From positions 416,001 through 480,000 of the forward strand of contig CBDIID010000003.1 in assembly GCA_965279515.1 (NCBI GenBank): a stretch of 64,000 nucleotides of DNA. Reading direction: 5' to 3'. The number at the start of each line of letters is the position of its first letter. Position 1 is the stretch's first letter. The notes under the pieces are model-generated. The model did not search any database. It saw nothing but the letters and a program-made list of their open reading frames with translations, and had not been told where the DNA came from. Both the position numbers and the translations under genes were made by a program. This stretch comes from Turneriella sp. (lineage in GTDB: Bacteria; Spirochaetota; Leptospiria; Turneriellales; Turneriellaceae). This document shows, one piece after another, positions 56,797-64,000 of this stretch.

Positions 56797-58635
56797 TTAT
56801 ATCTCTTCTTTATCGTCGTTCGATGAAGGCGGTGCGCCGGTGCCAAACGTGGAACCGAAGGAGGCAATCATTTCTTCGTCAGTCATCGGTGTCAGCGGGA
56901 AAAGGTCGCCATTGGCGAGGCGCTCTTTGAAGGCGACGGCATAACAATAGGCATCCATAATACACTGTTTCACCGGCTTGCCATTGAGGCGCTTATTCTT
57001 TTCTTCGGAATCGAATTTCACCGGCTCATCCATGTTACCGACGATCTGCTTGGCACCTTTCATATCGGCAATGAGAAAGGCCATGGACTTGGCGACATTG
57101 TCCATGAACGTGCGCACCAACCCGCGTGTATTGCGGCCTTCCATGTCTGCGCGGCCCTTGGCCTTATCGTCGAGTTTGGATTTTTCAATATAATTCGTTG
57201 ATTTGCGGTCTCTCTGCTGTTTATATTCGAATAGCATCTCTTCGTATTTTTCATACGCCTTGATGATGGCGCGCGATTCATTATAGAGATCTGCCATCTG
57301 CTTTTTGTAGTCGGATTTCACTCCGCCGGAATAATCGACGTTGATGTGGATCTTGTTCGTCGTCAGCACAAAGGAGTACTCGTGGTCAAATTCGAGAAAA
57401 TAGAGATAGGTCAGGAGTATCCGGTCGTTGAGATCGACCTTTTCAAGCATACGCTTCGACTTGTCATGGTGCTCGATGAGCGTGGGGGGCAGCTGCGACT
57501 TCATCAGCGACATGCCATACTGGTATTCCTTGGTATCGTAGATGCCGCCCTTTTTCTCTTCCTCTTTTTTCTCTTCGCCCTTGGCCTCTTCCGCATTTTC
57601 TGCAGGGGCATCAGGCGCATTGGATTCGAGGGTAGAGCCGTCGCCCTTGCGGCGCTGGCCGAGTTTATCATTTTGCGTCACCGAAATTGCCTTTTCCAGC
57701 AGCGGCGACATCGGCGGATAATCCATACTGTCAGCGAGGCAGATCAGGTGGAACAGTTTCGGGTAGGCTGTCTGGAAAGCCGCTTTAGAGTTAGTATGAA
57801 AACGCTTCTGTTTGATGATCATGCCCTGAATCGACTCCGCCGAAAGTTTCGCCGAATGTGCCTCGGGGGTGAAAACATCGAGGGCAAAGCCCATCGCCTT
57901 CTTAAAAGTCTCCTGGAAAGGATAGAGAATGTAGAGGGTACGATAGATCGATTTCAGCGAGGCGATCGCCGTATCGAGGGGCACGGCTGCCCCCGCCTGC
58001 GCCGCCGTCGAGAATGGATTAAAGTATTCGCTGTTATACATATGGTGCGCATACTCGAGTGTCTCCATCAACAGGGGATTGCGGTTGTCGAGATTGTGCA
58101 TGATCTTCTTACCGATCGTCGGGCGCTGCAAAAACAGGTCATTGCCGATCAGGTTAAATTCGATTAAAGCCTGTTTGAGTTCAAGATTTAAGAACTGTAC
58201 AAAAGAGGGTTTAATGACGCGCCCCGAAAAAGGCGCGACGCCAGCCATAAAGCAGCGCAGCTTGATCATAAAGCGCGCACCGGGACCCGAGATTTTCTTC
58301 AGGGCTTTCTCGTATTCCTGCCGCGCCCGCTGCGACTTTTCAGCCTCATCGCGCTCGCGCTCACGGCGCAGCTCCGATGGCAATTTGGTTTCAGGAATGC
58401 CACCGCCCCCGCCACCTCCGCCGCCAACACCCCGAGACAGACCGCCTGCACCACCCGCTTTGGCCTCGGCAGCACGGCGCGCATCTTCAGCCTTTTCGGC
58501 GATGCTTTTTTCCTTGAGAACCTGACCGCCCGACGACTTGAAGCGCTCGAGCATCTCTTTGCGCTCGGCATTATCCATTTCATTGGCACCAATCGCAGAG
58601 CGGGTTTGGTCAAATTCGTACTTAGCGTCAGCCAT
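56797..58635 (-). CDS. Large helical hypothetical protein with a Gly-rich N-terminal tract
   Basis: Long uninterrupted ORF co-oriented with kdsB; start placed at MADAKYEF (ORF track extends to 58707). Confidence 0.75.
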   Translation of the reverse strand: MADAKYEFDQTRSAIGANEMDNAERKEMLERFKSSGGQVLKEKSIAEKAEDARRAAEAKAGGAGGLSRGVGGGGGGGGGIPETKLPSELRRERERDEAEKSQRARQEYEKALKKISGPGARFMIKLRCFMAGVAPFSGRVIKPSFVQFLNLELKQALIEFNLIGNDLFLQRPTIGKKIMHNLDNRNPLLMETLEYAHHMYNSEYFNPFSTAAQAGAAVPLDTAIASLKSIYRTLYILYPFQETFKKAMGFALDVFTPEAHSAKLSAESIQGMIIKQKRFHTNSKAAFQTAYPKLFHLICLADSMDYPPMSPLLEKAISVTQNDKLGQRRKGDGSTLESNAPDAPAENAEEAKGEEKKEEEKKGGIYDTKEYQYGMSLMKSQLPPTLIEHHDKSKRMLEKVDLNDRILLTYLYFLEFDHEYSFVLTTNKIHINVDYSGGVKSDYKKQMADLYNESRAIIKAYEKYEEMLFEYKQQRDRKSTNYIEKSKLDDKAKGRADMEGRNTRGLVRTFMDNVAKSMAFLIADMKGAKQIVGNMDEPVKFDSEEKNKRLNGKPVKQCIMDAYCYAVAFKERLANGDLFPLTPMTDEEMIASFGSTFGTGAPPSSNDDKEEI

Positions 58636-58718
58636 CGGTGACTTCTGAAAAGTGGTGCGCGACGTTGGGTCAAGCAGAATCAACTTGCCGCTATGTCTTT
58701 GAGCCAAAGTTTGCCGGT

Positions 58719-58919
58719 ATGAAAGCAGGTATACATCCCGTTTATGAAGACGCGGTGATTCGCTGCGCGTGCGGTGCTGAGCACAAGACGCGTTCGACGA
58801 AAAAAGAGATCTTCGTCGAGATTTGTTCGAATTGCCACCCGTTCTTCACTGGCAAAACGAAGCTGGTCGATACGGCCGGCCGCGTAGACAAATTCAAGAA
58901 AAAATACAAGATGAAGTAA
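58719..58919 (+). CDS. rpmE: 50S ribosomal protein L31 (zinc-binding form)
   Basis: MKAGIHPVY...CACG...[12 protein letters not shown]...DTAGRVDKF. Confidence 0.96.
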   Translation: MKAGIHPVYEDAVIRCACGAEHKTRSTKKEIFVEICSNCHPFFTGKTKLVDTAGRVDKFKKKYKMK

Positions 58920-58956
58920 CCCTTGGGAATTCGCGAAAAATCGCGAACCCGAAGGG
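58920..58956 (+). terminator. Hairpin after rpmE
   Basis: CCCTT-GGG..TTCGCGA-AAAA-TCGCGAA-CCC.AAGGG; no U-tract follows. Confidence 0.4.
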
Positions 58957-59021
58957 AAGCCTCATCAGGCAGCGAAGCGCTTTACAGCTTTACCTGTCAT
59001 TTAACCCGCGCGGCTTAAGCT

Positions 59022-59846
59022 ATGCCCGTACCGTGCGATCTCAGCTGGGCCTGCGCCCAGCAAATCACGATTTATCACCTGAAGATGAATTTTATCCGCT
59101 ACTATCCGATAGCGGGTCTGGCTTTCTTCATCTTCTGGGTTTGGAAAAAAGGCTACTTCCAGCGTTTTCGCATACAACAGGCATTCCCGCGCTGGGATCG
59201 CATCCGGTATGAGATATTTCAATCTGGCGTAACCCTCATCGTATTCTCAGCCATCGCCATTGGCGCCGTCGTCGGCCGCAAGGCTGGCATATTGCCGGGT
59301 GAAATTTACCGTGATGCAGGCAAATACGGCGGATGGCCCTACATGCTGTTTTCGATCGCCCTGCTCACGGTATGGCACGAAACCTGGTTCTACTGGATGC
59401 ACCGCCTCGTGCACCGCAAGGCACTGTATAAACATGTCCATCTCGTGCACCACCGCTCGATCAATCCCTCACCGCTGGCTGCGTATAATTTTCACGCATT
59501 TGAAGCGTTTCTCGAGGCTATCTATATCGTACTCTTTACGTTCGTCATACCTGTGCACTTTTGGGTACTGCTCGGACACACCTTCTATGCGATGATCATG
59601 AACATCTGGTGGCATCTCGGCTATGAGTTTTTTCCTTCAGGCTGGGTAACACACCCCGTTTTAAAATGGATCAACACGTCGACGCACCATAACATGCACC
59701 ACGCCAAATTCGACGGCAACTACAGTCTCTATTTCAACTTCTGGGATCGCGTCATGGGCACCAATTTTCCCGAATATGAGAAACATTTCGCCGAAGTGGC
59801 TGCGCGGCGCAAACAAGGGAGCCAGCCGGCGACGGCAACTGCTTAA
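59022..59846 (+). CDS. Sterol desaturase/fatty-acid hydroxylase family protein
   Basis: His boxes HRLVH, HLVHH, HLGYE, HHNMHH; GNYSLYFNFWDR. Confidence 0.9.
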   Translation: MPVPCDLSWACAQQITIYHLKMNFIRYYPIAGLAFFIFWVWKKGYFQRFRIQQAFPRWDRIRYEIFQSGVTLIVFSAIAIGAVVGRKAGILPGEIYRDAGKYGGWPYMLFSIALLTVWHETWFYWMHRLVHRKALYKHVHLVHHRSINPSPLAAYNFHAFEAFLEAIYIVLFTFVIPVHFWVLLGHTFYAMIMNIWWHLGYEFFPSGWVTHPVLKWINTSTHHNMHHAKFDGNYSLYFNFWDRVMGTNFPEYEKHFAEVAARRKQGSQPATATA

Positions 59847-60261
59847 ACTTTTTTGACTTTGAGTTTTTCGAGTTCGGCCAATTTGATGAGCCGCTTATCG
59901 AAACAAACAAAATAAGCGGCTTTTGCGCTCAAGGCGGACGCAAGCTGAATATTATCCAGCGTTTTATGACCATATTGCTCCGCCAGCTTTTTCACCTTGA
60001 CCTCGATACTTGCATCATAGGGTAAGATGGTAAAATCTTCAAAGTCTGCCTCCAACGCTTGCACGGCGTGCTGGTAATCAGGTTTCGTAATTTTGCCGCC
60101 GCGCAGGTTAAAACCCAGAGATGAATACAACTCAGATTTGGTCACGCCGCTCACAACAATTGAATCTGCTTTTTCGAACAAACGAAGGACATCCGGCGAA
60201 CCTTCTTCAGCGATGTAGCGTTTCAGTAACGCGGAAGTGTCGAAAAAAAGGCGGATATCAA
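59843..60261 (-). pseudogene. PIN-domain (VapC-like) toxin with no in-frame canonical start; frameshifted or non-canonically initiated
   Basis: The frame extends upstream of the listed TTG as IRLFFDTSALLKRYIAEEGS; also TLDNIQLASA and FVCFDKRL; an in-frame stop precedes it with no ATG/GTG/TTG in between. Confidence 0.65.
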
Positions 60262-60485
60262 TCTCTCATGATGCGGAGCGTTTCTTCTATAGACCCACCA
60301 CCCTTGAGCTTAATCGGTTTGAACGGACGCTTCCAGCTTTTTTCCTGTTTAGGCTCGCCGACCGGCACGATCTTAGCAACCACCTTGCCTCGACGTTCTA
60401 TCAGTATCGTATCACCTTTGGCGACGGCATCAAGGTTTTCGGCCAGATGTTGCCTCAGTTCTGAATAGGCGACGTTCAGCAGCAT
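60258..60485 (-). CDS. Phd/YefM-family antitoxin
   Basis: NVAYSELRQHLAENLDAVAKGDTILIERRGKVVAKIVP. Confidence 0.88.
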   Translation of the reverse strand: MLLNVAYSELRQHLAENLDAVAKGDTILIERRGKVVAKIVPVGEPKQEKSWKRPFKPIKLKGGGSIEETLRIMRD

Positions 60486-60513
60486 ACGTACAACTAACAC
60501 TAAAACGTACAAC
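60486..60513. promoter_or_regulatory. Probable TA autorepression operator: two ACGTACAAC repeats
   Basis: ACGTACAAC at 60486-60494 and 60505-60513, between the antitoxin start and a minus-strand TTGTCA (-35-like). Confidence 0.55.
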
Positions 60514-60563
60514 CTGACAAGTTTTTTGTATTTTCAGGGTGTTTCCGCCTACCCTCTTTACCT

Positions 60564-62072
60564 ATGCTCACTCTGATCAAACAAGAAGACGTCATCGAAT
60601 CCGTCGCCGGCGCATTGCAATATATCTCCTACTACCACCCGCCCGACTTCATTCAGGCGATGAAAGTTGCGTACGAGAAAGAAGAGTCACGCGCGGCCAA
60701 AGACGCCATGGCGCAGATATTATTAAACTCACGCATGTCGGCCATCGGCCACCGCCCGCTCTGCCAGGACACAGGTATCGTTTCGGTCTTTGTCAATGTC
60801 GGTATGGATGTCCGCTGGGAGGCCTCCATGACGCTCGAAGACATGATCAACGAGGGTGTGCGCAAAGCGTATATGCACCCCGACAATGTGCTGCGCGCAT
60901 CGATTGTCTCTGACCCGGCGGGCGGTCGTAAGAACACCAAAGACAATACGCCAGCGGTCATCTATACCCGCCTCGTTCCCGGCAACACCCTCGATATCAC
61001 AGTCGCAGCCAAAGGCGGCGGCTCTGAGAACAAGGCTAAATTCACCATGCTGAACCCCTCGGACAGCATTGTCGACTGGATTATCAAAACGGTGCCCACC
61101 ATGGGTGCAGGCTGGTGCCCGCCCGGCATGCTCGGTATCGGTATCGGCGGCACGGCGGACAAGGCCATGGTACTTGCAAAAGAATCCCTCATGGACCCGA
61201 TCGATATCCAGGAACTTATTGCCCGCGGAGCGAAAACTAAATCAGAAGAGTTACGCATCACGATCTTCAACGAAGTCAATAAACTCGGCATCGGTGCGCA
61301 GGGCTTGGGTGGTCTCACCACAGTTCTCGACGTCAAAATTAAGGAATACCCCACGCATGCGGCCTCACTGCCCGTTGCGGTTATACCTAACTGTGCGGCC
61401 ACGCGCCATGCCCACCTGACGCTCGACGGTTCGGGCCCGGTGTATCTTGATCCACCCAAAATCGAAGATTGGCCGAACATTGAATGGAAAGCCGAAGGTG
61501 CAAAACGCGTCAATGTTAACCAACTGAAGAAATCCGACCTTGCTGCCTTCAAGCCCGGCGAAACCTTGCTGCTGACGGGTTCAATTCTGACAGGCCGCGA
61601 CGCCGCGCATAAGCGCATCGCCGATCTCATGGCGAAGGGCGAAAAGCTGCCTGACGGTGTTGATTTTACGGATCGTTTTATTTATTATGTGGGCCCGGTT
61701 GACCCGGTGGCAGGTGAGGTCGTCGGCCCCGCAGGCCCCACAACCGCCACGCGGATGGACAAGTTCACGGAGATGATGCTCGCAAAAACCGGCCTTATCG
61801 GCATGATTGGAAAATCGGAACGCGGCCCTGAAGGTATCGAAGCGATTAAAAAACATCAGGCAATCTACCTGATGGCCGTCGGCGGCGCTGCCTACCTCGT
61901 CGCCAAGGCGATTAAAAAGTCGCGCGTTGTCGCCTTTGCCGATCTCGGCATGGAAGCGATCTATGAATTCGAGGTCGAAGACATGCCGGTATCCGTTGCG
62001 GTCGACGTCAACGGCGAGTCGGTGCACACGACGGGCCCGGCATTCTGGAAGAAGAAGATCTCAGCGGCTTAA
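60564..62072 (+). CDS. Class I (Fe-S) fumarate hydratase
   Basis: PLCQDTG, KGGGSEN, GAGWCPPG, GIGAQGLGG, NCAATRH, GPTTATRMD. Confidence 0.93.
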   Translation: MLTLIKQEDVIESVAGALQYISYYHPPDFIQAMKVAYEKEESRAAKDAMAQILLNSRMSAIGHRPLCQDTGIVSVFVNVGMDVRWEASMTLEDMINEGVRKAYMHPDNVLRASIVSDPAGGRKNTKDNTPAVIYTRLVPGNTLDITVAAKGGGSENKAKFTMLNPSDSIVDWIIKTVPTMGAGWCPPGMLGIGIGGTADKAMVLAKESLMDPIDIQELIARGAKTKSEELRITIFNEVNKLGIGAQGLGGLTTVLDVKIKEYPTHAASLPVAVIPNCAATRHAHLTLDGSGPVYLDPPKIEDWPNIEWKAEGAKRVNVNQLKKSDLAAFKPGETLLLTGSILTGRDAAHKRIADLMAKGEKLPDGVDFTDRFIYYVGPVDPVAGEVVGPAGPTTATRMDKFTEMMLAKTGLIGMIGKSERGPEGIEAIKKHQAIYLMAVGGAAYLVAKAIKKSRVVAFADLGMEAIYEFEVEDMPVSVAVDVNGESVHTTGPAFWKKKISAA

Positions 62073-62132
62073 GGGGTAAGATACCGCTTTAAGTGATTTA
62101 CCCGCTGTCTTCGAGATAAATCCTAACCGTAT

Positions 62133-63833
62133 ATGTTGCCGTCCACCCGCCGCCGCGCGATCATCGCCGGGGCACTTGCGCTACTTTTTGTTGTTCCGCT
62201 GCCACTGATTAGTCAGGCCAAACCCGCCGAACCTTTGGCGATGCAGGTCGCCAAGCGCGGCGATGAAAAAGTAAAGTATACTGTAGAAACGAAGAATTTC
62301 TCTGTGACTTTCTCTGAGCAAGGGGCGCGCATTCTGGAATTCAAAAACCGCGATGCTGCCTACCCGCGCCGTGACGGTGCTGATATAGTTATACCCGGAA
62401 CGGAAATTTTTCTCGCGCCTTATCTGGGTGCGACCGGCACATCGCAATACGTTGGCGGCAATCTGGGCGCGATGATGTATGCGGCTTTCACCTTCACTAA
62501 AGAAGAAACTGCCGATACCGTAAAAATCAAGGCCAGCGCCCCCGTCGTCCTCATCGCTGACAAAACCAAATTCGATGCGACGTTTGTTAAAGAATTCATT
62601 TTCCTGAAACGCAGCCCCTATTTTAAGTTTTCACTGGAAATCCAGACAGCTGCGACGGTTAAACTGCAAAACCTGATGCTTTACGCTTTACCGATGATCG
62701 GGCCAAAACCCGAAAATCAGGGTAACTTCCGCGACTACCACCACTATACGGATCAGGGTAAGGTGGAGTTCGCCTATGCGGGCGGTGGCGGCGGTTTTGG
62801 TTGCGGTGGCTCGACCACCAGCGAAAAAATCAGCAAAGGGCCGACGGAATTTTTCGGTAGCTCATCGCGCTTCCTGATTCTCAACATGCAGCCCCTGTTT
62901 GGCACACGTTCAGCGAGCATCACACCTGAACAGCGACACGGCGACACGAAGCAGCTTCTGCAGGCACAGGCCCTGCACGTCAACATGGGCGACATCATTG
63001 TCGAAAAAGGTAAGCCTGCGCGCTTTGAGTTCATCGGCTATATGGGGCCGAAATTCGATGAAAACTCAATCCCGAATGATGATGCGCGCAAGGTAATGCC
63101 TGACCTCGGTAAATTCAATAAGAGCTATTTCAGCAAATCGTTCGATTTTGGTATCACTGAGCCCATCCGTGACATCATTGTCTCCGCACTAACCCTGCTC
63201 TATAAACTGATCCCCAACTACGGCGTGGGCATCATCCTGATTGCGCTGCTGCTCAAGCTCGCATTTTTCCCGCTGAACCAGAAGCAGGCAGAAGCGATGA
63301 AACGCATGGGTGAACTGCAGCCCAAAATCAAAGAACTCAACGAGCGCTATAAAAACAACCCACAAGAGAAACAGCGCCGCATGATGGAACTCTACAAGAT
63401 CCACAAGGTGAATCCCGTATCGGGCTGCCTGCCGATGCTGATACAGCTGCCGGTCTTCATTGCGATGTATTCGGCGTTTTCCGATGCCTATGACCTGTGG
63501 AAGTCGCCCTTTATTCCGGGTTGGATTCCCGACCTGTCGCAGCCTGACCACGTGTTCTCATTGCCACAAGCCTGGCCCTATGTCGGCGGTTTTGCCGTGC
63601 ACCTGTTACCGATCGTCATGACACTGTCGCAGTATTTCCAGACGAAACTGACTCCCACTTCGGGCGATGAAAACCAGCGCAAGATCATGCTGCTCATGCC
63701 GTTCATGATGCTGTTCCTGTTCTATGCAATGCCATCAGGCGTGGTACTCTACTGGACCGTACAGAATGCACTGTCAATCGCGCAGCAGGTCTATACCAAC
63801 AAGAAGAACCAAAAAGCCGCGGCGAAGACGTAA
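62133..63833 (+). CDS. yidC: Membrane protein insertase YidC
   Basis: NYGVGII, LQPKIKEL, VNPVSGCLPMLIQLPVF, WIPDLSQPD, PSGVVLYW. Confidence 0.95.
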   Translation: MLPSTRRRAIIAGALALLFVVPLPLISQAKPAEPLAMQVAKRGDEKVKYTVETKNFSVTFSEQGARILEFKNRDAAYPRRDGADIVIPGTEIFLAPYLGATGTSQYVGGNLGAMMYAAFTFTKEETADTVKIKASAPVVLIADKTKFDATFVKEFIFLKRSPYFKFSLEIQTAATVKLQNLMLYALPMIGPKPENQGNFRDYHHYTDQGKVEFAYAGGGGGFGCGGSTTSEKISKGPTEFFGSSSRFLILNMQPLFGTRSASITPEQRHGDTKQLLQAQALHVNMGDIIVEKGKPARFEFIGYMGPKFDENSIPNDDARKVMPDLGKFNKSYFSKSFDFGITEPIRDIIVSALTLLYKLIPNYGVGIILIALLLKLAFFPLNQKQAEAMKRMGELQPKIKELNERYKNNPQEKQRRMMELYKIHKVNPVSGCLPMLIQLPVFIAMYSAFSDAYDLWKSPFIPGWIPDLSQPDHVFSLPQAWPYVGGFAVHLLPIVMTLSQYFQTKLTPTSGDENQRKIMLLMPFMMLFLFYAMPSGVVLYWTVQNALSIAQQVYTNKKNQKAAAKT

Positions 63834-63853
63834 TACTATTTAAAGAGGAAAAT

Positions 63854-64000
63854 ATGCAAATTCTGGAAGTACAAGCACTCGGCGACAAGGAAGCTCTGGA
63901 CGAAGGTCTTCAGATTCTCGGCACCGATGCTGAAAATGTCGAACTCAGCGTCTTAAAAAAAGGCAGCTCAGGTTTTTTAGGTCTCGGTCAAAAAACCGCG
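63854..64000 (+). CDS. jag: Jag/KhpB RNA-binding protein, N-terminal part (runs off the window)
   Basis: Manual translation MQILEVQALGDKEALDEGLQILG...VLKKGSSGFLGLGQKTA (Jag_N GFLG motif); directly after yidC with a GAGG Shine-Dalgarno. Confidence 0.82.
   Translation, partial: MQILEVQALGDKEALDEGLQILGTDAENVELSVLKKGSSGFLGLGQKTA

Noticed and set aside
1..64000. CRISPR array, rRNA or tRNA genes
   Set aside because: No regularly spaced repeat-spacer series, no long non-coding stretch and no cloverleaf recognised; intergenic gaps are short

Overview
Bacterial chromosomal window. Gene content (plant-type ferredoxin-NADP reductase, many lipoproteins, TatT, kdsB) suggests a Leptospiraceae spirochaete such as Turneriella; this is inference, not a database match. 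The left ~26 kb is an accessory-looking island with a nearly complete aryl polyene (APE)-type type II PKS/FAS cluster (apeC-apeR order). It adds an MIO ammonia-lyase, a halogenase-like flavoprotein, its own FabD and PPTase, a polysaccharide deacetylase and a 1947-aa single-chain BC-BCCP-CT acyl-CoA carboxylase with an extra degenerate CT lobe. The island lies between two parts of an apparent gamma-glutamylation (ethanolamine-type) catabolic gene set. The remainder is mostly housekeeping: nadB, crcB, hflX, guaA, FNR, ybaB-recR, kdsB, rpmE, class I fumarase, yidC, jag. It also has an intact IS5 with a CTAG duplication inserted in the loop of a REP-like palindrome, a GC-rich palindrome apparently translated within a lipoprotein signal peptide, a TonB-receptor/PorE-like envelope operon, and a Phd-VapC pair whose toxin lacks an in-frame canonical start. 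No rRNA, tRNA or CRISPR array was recognised.
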